64,000 nt of DNA from Selaginella moellendorffii (Eukaryota > Plantae > Lycopodiophyta): contig NW_003314269.1 in NCBI RefSeq assembly GCF_000143415.4, positions 2,597,060-2,661,059 of the forward strand, given 5' to 3'. Each line of letters begins with the position of its first letter. Position 1 is the stretch's first letter. The notes below the pieces were generated by a model. It did no database searches. It was not told the origin of the DNA and was given only the letters and a program-made list of their open reading frames with translations. Made by a program: the position numbers and the translations under genes. Shown here in pieces: positions 52,301-64,000 of the stretch.

Positions 52301-52556
52301 TGATCCGGTGGCGTTCGTGAGGAGGATCAAGAGCGTGGAGCCGAGGGTGGTTGTTCACACAATCATCTTTGGGAGTGACACTTCGTCGAGGGAAGTGTTG
52401 GAGGAGATGGCTTGCGAGGGCGGGGGTGTGTTCCAGATGAGCTTGGATGAATTGCAGCTGGGCAGGAGCTTTGAGGCGCTCGCGAAAAGTCTTCATCCCA
52501 CGGTGGCTTCGCTGGAAAACGAAGGACAATATGTTTTCGAACAATATATTGTTTAA
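49384..52556 (+). pseudogene. 3' half of the decayed GTPase-ZnF-VWA paralog
   Basis: Resumes where the 5' half broke off (tgagcactttgatc). Retains GKQSSGKS, DFEG, the intron, the Cys array and the VWA tail. Many indels and an internal inversion at 51044-51207. Confidence 0.95.
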
Positions 52557-52642
52557 AGGACAATTATTTTTTTAAAGGACATTATGTTTTGGTAAGTTTT
52601 GTATATAGAACAATACGTTTTATGACAGTGTTTAAATTGTGT

Positions 52643-52658
52643 TTTAGGGTTTAGGGTT
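52643..52658 (-). promoter_or_regulatory. Telo-box (AAACCCTA-type, two units) upstream of the ribosomal protein gene
   Basis: tttagggtttagggtt just before the ATG at 52670. The same motif precedes the pseudogene copy (~34822). Telo-boxes are common at plant ribosomal protein genes. Confidence 0.6.
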
Positions 52659-52669
52659 CTGCATCCTCC

Positions 52670-54024
52670 ATGGCGAACAAGATGCTCATCGCGGGCATGG
52701 CGAAGAAGAGGAGGTTCACGTTTGGCGTCCCTCTGCCCGCATTCTTCATGCCGCCCAAGTTCATCGGCCCCCGCCGCCGCCCGCCAGTGCCGGAGCCGCC
52801 CGTGGAGCAGTTCTTCCTGGCGGCGCCCGAGGATGTGCACAACGGCGTCTCCTTCCCTCGCCCGCATTGGCAGCGCGACAAGCCGCTCGGGCATCTTTAC
52901 AAGGAGGACCCTCGATTGCTGAAGAAGCTCCGCGCAGGAGCGGCTGCGCTCCAGATCGAAGGAGGTGAGCAAGAGGTAGAAGAAGCAACAATAGTGGAAG
53001 AAGAAGTAGAAGAAGTGGAAGAGGAGATTGAAGCACAGGGCGAAGAAGAGGAAGCACGAGTTGCTCCCATAGAAATTCCAGAGGGCGGATTCCTCCCGCT
53101 GTGGAACTTGCCGGACAATCCATACGCGAGGAAGAATGTGAAGAGAGTTGGACGGGGTATAGGATCGGGGAAGGGGAAGACTTGTGGGAGGGGACAAAAG
53201 GGACAGAAGGCGCGACGAGGCCACAAACCGAGGTTGGGTTTCGAGGGTGGACAGACTCCTCTACGCGTGCGTTTGCCGAAGAAGTACGAGAGCAAGTCTC
53301 CATTCGAGCTCCAATTCAAGGTACTTGCCGTATTCTACTTCTTTTTTTCTCAGAAAACGCGATTTTGATGGATTTTTCTTTGTTCTGTTGTTCAGGAGGT
53401 GACGCTGGAGAGGCTGAAAGAGCATATATTGAAAGGAAAGATCGATCCCGGCAAGCTGATTACCATGAAGACACTTCACGTACGAACATATTTTACTTTT
53501 TAAACTTTCTGTTCTTCCCGACTGAACTTTCTGATCTGTAGGATACGCGCTGCTCTGGGAAGTACATTCAGGATGGAGTTTTGCTACTGGGACGCGGTCT
53601 CAAGAATTTTGACATTCCTATTCACATTGAGGTCTATATTACGCACTTAGTCACTCGCTTGGTACATTCTAACAAAGGTTTGTCTTTGAAACAGGTTAGC
53701 AGATGCACTACGGCTGCTAAGATCGCAATCGAGCAAGCTGGAGGAACTGTCCGCAAAGTTCACTACAACAAGCTTGGAATGAGGGCGCTGCTCGATCCAC
53801 TCTGGTTTAAGAAGAAAGGTCGCTTGCTTCCCCGAGCTGCAAGGCCCAAACCAAAGATCGCGCCACTGGTTGATGCCATCGGTCGACTCCCGGCCCCCGT
53901 GAGTCCCATTCTACCAGAAGGCTTTGTTCTCAAAGCTCCAGTCTGTGGTCATCCTTGGCCTCCGGAAGGAAAGAACGCCAAGAAGGCTGACAACGATGAA
54001 ACTAAAGGTGGCGGTGACAGTTAG
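52670..54024 (+). CDS. RPL15: Organellar (probably mitochondrial) ribosomal protein uL15, 4 exons
   Basis: [34 protein letters not shown] and [29 protein letters not shown]. Introns at about 53321-53395, 53479-53541 and 53632-53694. Confidence 0.92.
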
Positions 54025-54755
54025 AATGGATCAACAACGCTAGAACAGATGAGGATTCTGGTTCCATTTGGAGAGAGAGAGATTAAGTTTCTCAGGAGAT
54101 CTGGCACGCCAAAGTCAGGTACTTTCTTAAGTTCTAGCTCTATAATTCTTTTGATTTGATGGTGTTTGCAGAAGGCCTCTTGAGCACTATTCCTTCAAAG
54201 TAAGCTTTCAATAGTGCTCAAAGAATTTCATAATGTGTTTGTGTGAACAGGCCTCTCAATCGATCTTACAGTCAAAGCTGTCGAAAGTTTTCTCAGGGTG
54301 GGGACTTGGAATTTATAGTTCCAGGGACTCAATTTTCATCGGAGAATTGCGAGCCCAGAAAGCGAGAGTTTGGTGGAAGATGAACGAATCATCGCAGCCG
54401 TTCGTCAAGCTACCGACAGTGGGCGATAATGCGAGAAAATCGCTGCCCGTCGATTGGCCCCGATGCGAGAATGCTTTTTCCCGCGTGGACGCGGTGGATG
54501 GCGCCACGTCGGCTAACTGGCAACGTGCGATTGATTTCAAGGCTTGATATATAGGTTTCGCTGCTGGCATTTTCTTTGATTGATAGAAGCGTTCTTCCTT
54601 CTCTTGGGATATCTTGCTCGCCATTCCCTGTGCTCGCGAGATTTCGATGAGCTCTCGATCGATGCGAGGAGCTGTTCTAGCTAGATTTCGTGGCTGTTCT
54701 CCTCAGGATCGCTCTTTGCCCTAGGGAATTTGCTGCTCGCGGTCGTCGCGATAGA

Positions 54756-57700
54756 ATGTCGGCTGTTCTCTCCAGGCGCACGACTCCAGTCCGGGGATTA
54801 TCGCTCAAAGATTGCGATCCAGAGCGGCTCGTTGCTCCGTCTTCCTGCATTCTCGACGGGAGCTTCGAATCCCCGAGCTCTTCCAGCGATGAGGACTGCG
54901 AAATATCGGTCCCAGGGGATGATTCTTCCTCGGCATTGCGGCTGCCGTATACTCCACCGCGAAAGAAATGGGAGGTGTCGGTGAAGAATGGGATCGTTAC
55001 GACGAAGGAGGTAAGCTAGAATCTAGAATTCCTCAAATCGACCAGAGAAACCTTTGCGATTGTAGGTGAGTGTAGATGAAGAGATATCACAATTCAGCGG
55101 AGACGAGGAGGAAGAAGTGAACGATTTCAGCGAGGACGCTTATCTTTGCGAGGCTGTTCTAAGGTCCGTGTTCGCTGTCTCGTCGCCCGCAAGGAGCCTG
55201 GACGATAGACTGGCCGATGCAGAGACTGTGACTGGCGCCTTTTCGACGATCGATCGCGCCATGCTCCACAGCGTGAAGCTCCGAGCCCAGAAAGCGGCAC
55301 AGTATCGTCGAGCAGGTCTTGAAAGACAGATCCATGGTTTTCAAAGACTCATTCGTTTTTGGCTTTTAGAGCTCTCGCTTTGGCTGGACGCGCTGCAAAA
55401 CAATCAACTCCAGTCCGTCAACCTGGACCAATTCGAGGACCCTCAAATTTATGAGCGCTGGAAGCAGCAACAAATGCAAGAGGTTTCCACGCTGATTGCG
55501 AAGCTCGGTGAGCGTCCATCTTTCTCTGGCTTTGTCCAAGTGGACGTGGTTTCGGTGGACAATCTTAAGCCATTGGAGGTGGGCTGCGTGTCGCCTTTAA
55601 GTTGCAGCAGGGAAGCTTTAAAGCAGCTCCATGTTTATTCGTCGGTCACTGTCTTGCCGATGCGATCTGGATCAGAAAAATTCGGCACGGGTGATCTTGG
55701 GAAAGAGCCGACTCCTGCTTTTTTAACTGACGTTGTTCCCAGTACCGGGAATGCTGAATGGCAAGCAGCATCGCCATGGATTCGCGTGAGCAGGTTAGTA
55801 CTTTATGCTTTTCTGTATAGTTTGCTCTTGTTCACTGTAGCGGATTTGCTTGGCACCGACGTGGCCTGCGATTTTTAAAAAATTTCGTATTTAAGTGGGC
55901 TCTGAATTGCTGTAGTGTGCAGGACAAAGTGCTTATAGAAGTCTGGGACAGACAAATAGGGGGGTCATCTTTCAGAGCGTCTGGAAAATCCAAGCTCAAG
56001 AAGGTGCTTCGGAGTAGGAGCTCCAGTAGGAGCCTGAAGGCAAGTTCACATCACTTTCAGAGTGAATTTTCAAGTGAGTGTTTTTGCTTACAGGTGGCGC
56101 CTTGGAATCAAGATCCGTTCCTCGGACAAGTGATTGTCTCTTTCAGTAACATCGAGTCTCAAGCACTCAGCCAGGGTGTTATGCAAGGAAAGACTCCATT
56201 GATGTCATACATGCTAGCGGATGAGAAGGGACGACAGAAGACCAGTGGAATACAACTGCGATTTTCTTGTTCGTGCGAAAGATTTTACAGGTTTGCTAGC
56301 TTATGATATTAGATATAATTTTGAGCTGCGCCTTCAGAGATGCTCCTTCCAACAAATTACTCTTGAGACCACCGGTTCCAGATGTCGAGAAAGCATTTGA
56401 TGCTCTAGTATCCATGGCCTACAAGCCACAAAAGAAAGGTATGTTTCGAACCACGTTAAGTATTATTTTCCTGTTTAACAATTCTGTATAGGCAACGTTG
56501 ACGTTGCTGCACAGTGGCATGGTATTGTGGCTGGCTTTGGTTTTCACTATCGGATACGTAAGCAAAGATGCAGCCTGGGTATTGTGATGGTTTTGGCACG
56601 GAATTTCCATATTAACGTCCATATCCTGTCCTCCATTGTGGAAGAGTGGCTTCCTGTTTGTGACTCAGCACGAGGAGGACAGCTAACGAAAGACGAGCTT
56701 GGATTACACACAGCAGTGGTCTCGAGTATGTCCAAATGTTACTCATTTCTCTTTCCTTTTCCGTGATTTTGTTGTTTAAACTGGGTGCAGTGCTCGTAAA
56801 ACCGGCTATTGATGCGATTGAGAACTTTCAGACTGTTTTTGCGCAAAATCAACCATCTGGAGCACTATCATGCCTTCTCAAGTTGTTGGGCCTTGTTCTC
56901 CGCTGGGATCCGGATCCTAAAGAGATTCTCATTCCACTGAAAAGCTGGATAAAGGTAATGCCTCTCTTACGGTTGCGGTGTCCTTGTCCACAGTGACCAT
57001 AAAATCTCTCTCTTATCCTCACTTTATCTATTAGAACTCATGCGAGAAAAGATTTTATCACCACCTCTTTGGCGGCATTTCTTCCACTCAACAACCTACA
57101 GAGATTTCTCTTCAGCATTTGTCAAATGTCATAAAACTGGTGCATGGGGACGTAACGGAGTTAAGAACTTCTTTCAAAGATACATTTCCTGAGGCAGTAT
57201 CTTTGACTGCTGTAGCTGTTCCTGTCTATTACAAATTGGTAAAGCGGCATGGCTATTCAAACGTTGTATTTAACTTTGCTCTGCAGGTGTCCGCGTACGT
57301 AATAAACTGTATCCGGGTGGCACAAGTGAAGATGTTTACTAAAGATTGTGAGGTATAGCTTGCAAAATTGTTTCTAGATCTAACTTTCTTTCTTACAGAG
57401 TTTGATAATGGAAATGCTGTCTTTTCATAAGGACATTGAATTGGCCGGTGAAAAATGCGAGCTTCTGGATCTCCATGGGATATTTGGAGACCACATCAAT
57501 CAACTAATTAGCACCGCGAGAACAAGAATGGTTGAGTAAGTACCATGTATACAGAAGACTTTTAAGTCATGCTTTTCTTTTTAGCTGGGTGAGCTCCAGT
57601 ATCACTGCAGAAAAGTGGGAGCCTCTTTCAGCTCAGTCGGGTGCCTTATTTTCTTTCTCCGTTGTAGGTAAGAAGTATAACAGAGCTTCTCTTACAGAAA

Positions 57701-59995
57701 ATAACTTTCTTTTTCTTTTTTAGATTTATATTTTATGCTTGGTGAAGTTATGGACGAAATGATGACAAGGCTTGCAACACTTCCGTTTGGCAATTTTTAC
57801 TTTAAAAATGTTGAAGACGCGATCTGTACAGCCGTCAGAACATACGTTGAGCTTTTAGAGAAGTTGTGCTTGCGGGATCTTCCTGAAGAAACCACCGCAG
57901 AGGGCATATCATCTTCCGAGCTAAGTATTTCAAAGGCACTTTGCGTGAAGGTAATAATTTTTATTTTGTATAACTGAAAACTGAATACGATGGTAATGGA
58001 CCAGTTGAACAACATGAATGCTGTCATGGAACAACACCAGGACTTGGAACGGAGGCTGATGGAAACACAGCGAAATAGTAATGGACGCGAACCCTTGGAA
58101 ACGTAATGCAAGGACGCGTCTTGCGTTTTTATTTTTATACTAATCATTGCTATCATCTGGACTGGACAGAGATGCAGATGCGAACAATCTGAGCTTGTTT
58201 AAGATTTTGGAAAGGCACGGAAGTGTGAAAGATGGTCTCAATCCCAAGTTTGAGGAAATACAGCGGTTCACTGAGCAAACAATTGACAACGTCGTCGGCT
58301 CCGTTGTCGAACTCCTACAGGTTTTTATTTTCTTACAATGCTTTCAATTTCTGAACACTCAGCTGCAGGTTAGAATTGGACGCGATTTGCATCTCATCTT
58401 CGATGAGGCAGCAATTAGTGACGGTGAAACACTTGATCAGAACCTGCAACCGTTAACCGGGCATCTAGATCAGCACCTTATGGTCATGAATGACTCTTCG
58501 CATCCAGTCGTTTTCCAAAAACTAATCACGGTACGTATTGTAAAGAAGAGGGTTGTTGTACCTGAATCTTCTTCTATGCAGGAGATATGTAAAGCTTTAG
58601 TTTTCTGTCTGGAGGAGTTTGCGCTGAATAGGGACGAGGATCCGAATCCGATGACCCCGAAGCAAAGGAGGCTCCTTGAAGAGAGCCTTTCGTTTTTTTA
58701 TGACTACTTTTATGGCGATGGTCAAGGTCTGGACGGTGGACAAATGGATACTATAACTGCCCGTCTACGTCAGATCCTGGCTTGCTGGGATCTTGACACT
58801 CGTGAATTGTGCTCTCTTTACTGGAGAGCTTGGGACCAGTTTAATACTCAGGAAGAAAATCGGCAACCTGAAGTTGACGGGAACAGTGGCACGCTCCACA
58901 TTCTCGACTATTTATGGCTGTTGAAGCAGAGGACTGATGATGAAGCCCATGAGATAGTCGAGCAACAGAACTTCATTGCAAACAAACGAATGATGCAGGT
59001 AAATTTGCTTTCAAGTTTTCGCTGGTATCGTTCCTCACGGGTTGGCCTTTTTCCAGTTCATGTTCGGTCTTCCAAAAGAAGAAGAGCTGGTGGCGTCGTA
59101 TTCTTGCAGGTAAAGACGCTTATGATTTTTGGAATATTGTTTTCAATAACTTCCCTCCGTTTTGCAGAAATCCTCAAAAAGTGCGTGGCACACTATACGT
59201 TACACCAAAACACATTTGCTTTGCCGATACGAAGATGACTCTTGCCGATAGCCGAAACCTGTACGTGGTCCCAATTGATCGCATGATGCGCATTGAGCTC
59301 TCAGGCAAACGATCAATCGTGCTAATACCTTTCCATCAACGCCCTCTAGAGTTCAGCAAGCTGTCCGATCGCGATGCAGTTTGCAAAACAATCTTTGATC
59401 AGGTGAGCTTTCGACTTGAGTACAAGTTACTCGAACTAAGCTGAATCATACACAGGTCGTTGGCACAGGGTCACATTTGGAGAAGTGCATGTCGCCCATT
59501 TGGTCCGAGAAGGGGAGACACGCTCCACTCAAGTCTAGTAACAGTGCTGTCAAAGGTGCGTGAGTGCAAGGTTTTTCATGGACAGCTGCTAAGTGAATTT
59601 GAACGTGAGCAGTCTTTAAATGCTGGCGGCAAGGAATGCTTCACAAATACAGTGGAACCTTGCTAGTAACAACGGCTTATATCTTGTTTACTCAAGATGA
59701 CAAGCAGAAGGTAAGAGCTTCAGTCTGTGAAGTCTAATAGCTCTCTGATGTCGCGCACAGGTAATACAAATGGACCATACCAGCATCTCCAAAATCCATG
59801 CCAGCAGACGAGGCTTGAGACCCAGCGGCGTGGTCATTGAGCTGAAAAGCGGGGAAGATGTAAGTTGCTTCCTTTCAGACCATTTTTCGACTGAGAAAAT
59901 GTGGCTTGCAGTGTGAATTTTGCGACTTTGAAGGTTACACCGCCCCCGCCAAGGAGATAGCGAAAGACCTGCACAGCTTGGTCTTCCCTGGCTAA
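54756..59995 (+). CDS. Munc13/UNC-13-like protein: C2, MUN (MHD1/MHD2) and C-terminal GRAM/PH-like domain(s); many exons
   Basis: C2-like VQVDVVSVDNL..IEVWD..DPFLGQV. MHD1-like EKWEPLS..FSFSVVD and LCVKLNNM. MHD2-like LQPLTGHLDQHL..FYDYFYGDGQGL..DTRELC. GRAM-like FGLPKEEELVASYSC..RGTLYVTPKHICF. Stop TAA at 59993-59995. Confidence 0.72.
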
Positions 59996-60045
59996 GCGCC
60001 GACGTGGACAGCCACATTCAGCTGACATTCAAGCCCTAACGACCT

Positions 60046-60471
60046 ATGGCGGATGAAAAGGCCACAAGCGGCGAGCACGCGGACTGGACAACGTCGCTGG
60101 AGTCGGACAGCGGAGAAGTGAGCGGAGTCCAAGTCGAGGCTGCCGGAGCCGAGGCCGCAGCTGCAGTGGAGCGGAACCACGTAGAGAGGATGAGACGAGC
60201 AGACAAGGCAGAGGAGGAGAGGGGCGTCGCCGCGGCTCGAGCCAAAGCAGGAGAGACCATCGCCGGGATAGCGTCGGGCTCGGTGCCGTCCCCTAGGAGA
60301 GCTTCGTCTCCTGCCGCTCCCGTTTGGAGGGACAAAGACGAATGCGAGGCCGCTGCCAAGGACAGAGCACGCTTGGAGAAGATTGCGAAGGAGATGGCCG
60401 ACATAGCGGCAACGAGAAAGCAAGAAAGAGAGACCACGGCCAATCCTCGAGACCTCCACGACCTCTCTTGA
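60046..60471 (+). CDS. Small hydrophilic Ala/Glu-rich protein, possibly LEA-like
   Basis: 141-aa single-exon ORF with an ATGGCG start, coding-like GC content and a charged helical composition. No family recognised. Confidence 0.55.
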   Translation: MADEKATSGEHADWTTSLESDSGEVSGVQVEAAGAEAAAAVERNHVERMRRADKAEEERGVAAARAKAGETIAGIASGSVPSPRRASSPAAPVWRDKDECEAAAKDRARLEKIAKEMADIAATRKQERETTANPRDLHDLS

Positions 60472-60590
60472 TTGAAACAACTTCCATACGAGGTACACTC
60501 AAGCTTTTATTCTCTCGATCTCGTCTCACGGAGCCCTGCCAGTTGAGAATAAATCCCGGAGGGTTTGCTGTAAGTTTGTCCAATCTAGTT

Positions 60591-61271
60591 TTAGTCGATT
60601 CTCTGCGTCTCTAGTTTTTCTTTCCGTATCGCGTGCTCGTAGTAACTCCGCATTGCCAGGGGCAGGAACAAGGGAAGCAGGAAACAAAAGAGGTTGAAGC
60701 TCCAGAACACCATGTTGGCAACCGCTACAAACTTTGCGAAGCGCTCCCAGCCGCCGCCGCCACCGGGCCTCGCAAACTCGACGATCATCCAGCTCCAGAT
60801 GGTGAACAACCTCCTCGCGTTATACGAGATGGGAACGAACGCTCGAATGGGGAAGGAGACCGCGTCGGAGCTCCCGGCAACCCTCTCGGACATGATCTGG
60901 AAGACGAGGAGCGCGGTGTGAGGCACTACCGATCGAAAGAGGTGCCGGTCACCGCGGTAGAGTCCGACTAGCAGGAGGATGAGAGGAAGAACAAGGCCAA
61001 TGACGGCTGCCACCGAGACGTAGTACCTGAGGATCTTGAGCTTGAATCCGGTGTAAGCTTGCGGCGGCCGGGTCGCTGTGACTGGAGGGAACGCGAGCTT
61101 GGCGAGGACGAAGAGGTAGAAGGACGCGAATGCCGCGAACTGGAGCTCTGGGATGGGGATGAATCCATCGCTGGCGTAGAAGATGGCGGCGAGGTAGCAA
61201 GCGTAGAGTAACACGGACCTGATCGGGGTGGAAGAAGGCCGGGCTTTTTCCTCCTCGTTCTTCGCCGCCAT
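60591..61271 (-). CDS. Conserved plant multi-pass membrane protein of unknown function
   Basis: Several hydrophobic helices with AFPP, IGLVLPL, PIRAFVPISYNARRLF and FWSFNLFCFLLP motifs, recalled from the At1g27990/At5g52420-like family. Likely ATG at 61271. Confidence 0.75.
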   Translation of the reverse strand: MAAKNEEEKARPSSTPIRSVLLYACYLAAIFYASDGFIPIPELQFAAFASFYLFVLAKLAFPPVTATRPPQAYTGFKLKILRYYVSVAAVIGLVLPLILLLVGLYRGDRHLFRSVVPHTALLVFQIMSERVAGSSDAVSFPIRAFVPISYNARRLFTIWSWMIVEFARPGGGGGWERFAKFVAVANMVFWSFNLFCFLLPLFLPLAMRSYYEHAIRKEKLETQRID

Positions 61272-62965
61272 GAAACGCGCTGTGATAAGAAATGCCAAGT
61301 GGAAGGCGAGCTTTGCCCCACGTGTATAGATTTTTCTACATGAAGACAATAGAAAACATTAGCATTGAGAGAACATGAAGACAATAGAAAAACCATACCA
61401 CGATCACTGTTGGGAGTCAATGGTTTCGTTTTTGTAAAGCTAATTTTTTCGCAGCGCTGTTCCTGCAGATCCAAGCAACGTCACCGTCGGTGTCTCACAG
61501 AGCAAGACTGCTCTCGGAATTTATAACGCATACTCCTATGCTACAGAACAAACAAAGAGCCAAAAAAACTAAAGAAAAACAAAGAAAACCAGAGATTTCT
61601 TACCGAGGATATGGAAGTAAACTCTCCCTCAATCACCAGAGCCTGGCCACTGCGACAAAAACAAAATCCCGCCTGCCTACAGCACGTTCACTGGGACCAG
61701 GAAGAGGAAGAAGAGAGAAAAAAAAACAGGAAGAAAAAGAGACGGTTTTGTTTCTGGGGCCAGCGTCGTAAGTCCGATGCATTGCACGGTCCAAAGGCAG
61801 GAGCAGTAGCAGGAAAAAGAAATCGAGAGCGGAAGCTTACGTACAGCGGGTGGTGCTGATGCAACACCATCAATCACTGCCTGCAAGCCAAGCGAGCGAC
61901 GTAAGTTCGTAACAAAAAAGAGGAAACAGCAGGCAGCAGAGAAAGCAAAACAAAAGAAAAACCAAGCGAGAGATTGGTTGACAAAGAAAAATCTCTGGAA
62001 AAATCAAAAGCGAGCTGAAGCAGCAGCACACAGCAACAGGAGCAGAGCTACTTACCGCCTGCAGAGAGTGAATGAGTAGGTGCTACGAGCAGCGAGCGAA
62101 GAGTGGTATGGATATACAAGACGCTGGAAGATCTTTGCCACCCTTTGAAAAACTTTTGCGTAGTGTACTTTGCAGCGAGATTTCATCGACCCAAGCTTGA
62201 GTCACCAAGCTGTAACATATCATTACCCTTTTGTGTACTTTACTGTGCAGCGAGATTTCATCCTGCGTAACAAGCCAAAGCCTTTAGTCACTGAGATTGT
62301 AACATATCATTACCTGAGAAAAAAAAGAGAAACGATTCTCCTCGGCCTGCATTAATCTGCGAAGAAAACGAAGCTTTAGTATCTTCTTTTTTTCTTTTCT
62401 GGGCTTTAAACCTTACCAGGAAAACTGCTCCTCTCAATCTTTGCAGAGCAGCGCTTGCTTCCTTTTCTTCTCCTTGTGACCGATATGAATATAAAACTGA
62501 CGCTCTGTCTGAAGGATCCCTTTCTCGGCTTGCGCGACCTGCTTTCTCTGGTTAGAGGAAAAAGCTTTCCTTGCTGATGCTTCAAAAGTCTCGCTCACTA
62601 AAACAGTAGAATCCGTGTAGTATTGAACTGCGGCCTTGTTTTTTGCCTTTTCTTTGCAAGGGATCTGCTGGAGAGCCCATCCGAGCTATAGTCCAATAAT
62701 TCGAATTTGTCAGCAGGTCTCGGGAGAGTGATTGGTTGAACAGTGGAGAACGAGGGTCCCCTCCCCCTTCCCATTTTTGAAGAAGCAGCTTGAGGGAGCC
62801 GATGAACTGCACGAATCACTTCTCGCAGGATTAGTACATCCGAAGAAAAAAAAACCACACACGAGGTATGTTACCAGTAGCATTCTGTGCAGCTGTTGCT
62901 GCTACTGCTGCTGCTCCTCTCCTCGGTGCTCACCTCGGCTCCATTCATTCTGTAGAAAAAATCAT

Positions 62966-64000
62966 ATGGATCCTTACGAGCTCACCAGAATGCTGTACGC
63001 AAGAGTGCAGGCTCTGGATCCCAGGCACGTCTCAAAGATCATTGGATATCTGCTTCTGCAAGACGAGGCAGAGCAAGATATGCTCCGGATGGCCCTCGGC
63101 TCGGATGCCCTCCTCTTCTCCGTGGTGGACAAAGCAAAGCAGGAACTTGGCCTCTCTCCCAGTCCTAATGCTCATTTCGATCATCCTGCTCCATTCTCCA
63201 GGCCTGAGCATCCACCTTTCCACTTTGGTACCGCATTCGATCACCAGCTTCAATCCACTTACCATCTCAGAGACGTGTACCATCCTCCCCTCGTCAATTC
63301 CCATGTCCCGTTCCAGAAGCAACTGCAACAACAAGCGGAGTTAATGAATCGGCCTTCAATACAAGATACATACCAGCACCAGCCTCTCTTTGGTGCCGGA
63401 GTTTTCCCAAATGATCACTTCTACCCGGAAACTTTCGCGTTCCTCAACAGGAACAGATTGAAGCAGCAGAAGCAGCAGCAGCAAAAGTCAGACGAACACG
63501 ATCTGATGCTGAGTCTCTCGGAGCACGGATCTCCAAACAGCAGCAGCAGCAGTAGCAATAACAGTAGCCACGCGTGGAAGCCTTGCGTCTACTACTCCCG
63601 GGGCCACTGCAAGCACGGCAGCGGGTGTAGATTTCTCCACACTCCGAACTCGCTGGGAATCGAGGAGCACGGGACAGAGTCGGCTCTGGAGAGGCTGGAA
63701 TTGGAGATTCAAGAGCTGCTCCGTGCCAGAAAGTCACCGGTGCCAATCTCGTTGCTTCCGCAGATGTACTTCGAGGAATTCGGGAGCGCTCTCCACGTTG
63801 ACGGGTTCCTGGCGACTCCCGAGGCCGTACAAGGATCCGGTTTAACCAGCCTGCTTTGCCATATGAAGAACACTCTCGTCATCGATCAGTAAGCCGATCG
63901 ATCTTCTTTCGAGTCCGTCTTGCATGCGTCTGACAAGTAGTTCGCTTCTCAGGCCCAATGGACAGCAGGCAGTCGTCCTGGTCGAAGAAAGTTCCAGGCT
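62966..64000 (+). CDS. CCCH zinc-finger RNA-binding protein (AtC3H18/46/53-like: PWI-like N-terminus, CCCH, LOTUS/OST-HTH); runs off the window
   Basis: RVQALDPRHVSKIIGYLLLQD, KPCVYYSRGHCKHGSGCRFLH and LERLELEIQELL..LPQMYFEEFG. Intron ~63889-63952, then RPNGQQAVVL. Confidence 0.88.

Overview
Eukaryotic plant nuclear DNA. Compact GC-rich genes with very short (~50-80 nt) introns and AT-rich transposon islands point to a lycophyte such as Selaginella (inference). Ordinary genes: RETICULATA-related (RER4-like), a CCR/DFR/TKPR-like reductase, organellar uL15, a C2-MUN-GRAM Munc13-like gene, a small hydrophilic ORF, a membrane protein and a CCCH zinc-finger gene. About half of the window is Ty3/gypsy debris from three families. 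Most notable: (1) a ~2,170-aa gene (6250-12823) fusing a long unknown N-terminus, a VLIG/GBP-type large GTPase, a ~430-aa Cys/His-rich zinc-finger array and a C-terminal VWA domain, with a decayed paralog at 36.1-52.5 kb; (2) a short-LTR gypsy family with a G_GGA_AAC slippery site, an H-type pseudoknot and a 4-bp TSD; (3) a Cassandra-like TRIM whose LTRs carry 5S rRNA sequence; (4) a satellite array inside an LTR; (5) two large fold-back inverted repeats at the ends of the insertion that splits the paralog; (6) an unusually AT-rich secreted bulb-lectin gene. All calls come from reading the sequence and recalled motifs. No database searches were run, and exon boundaries were read by eye.
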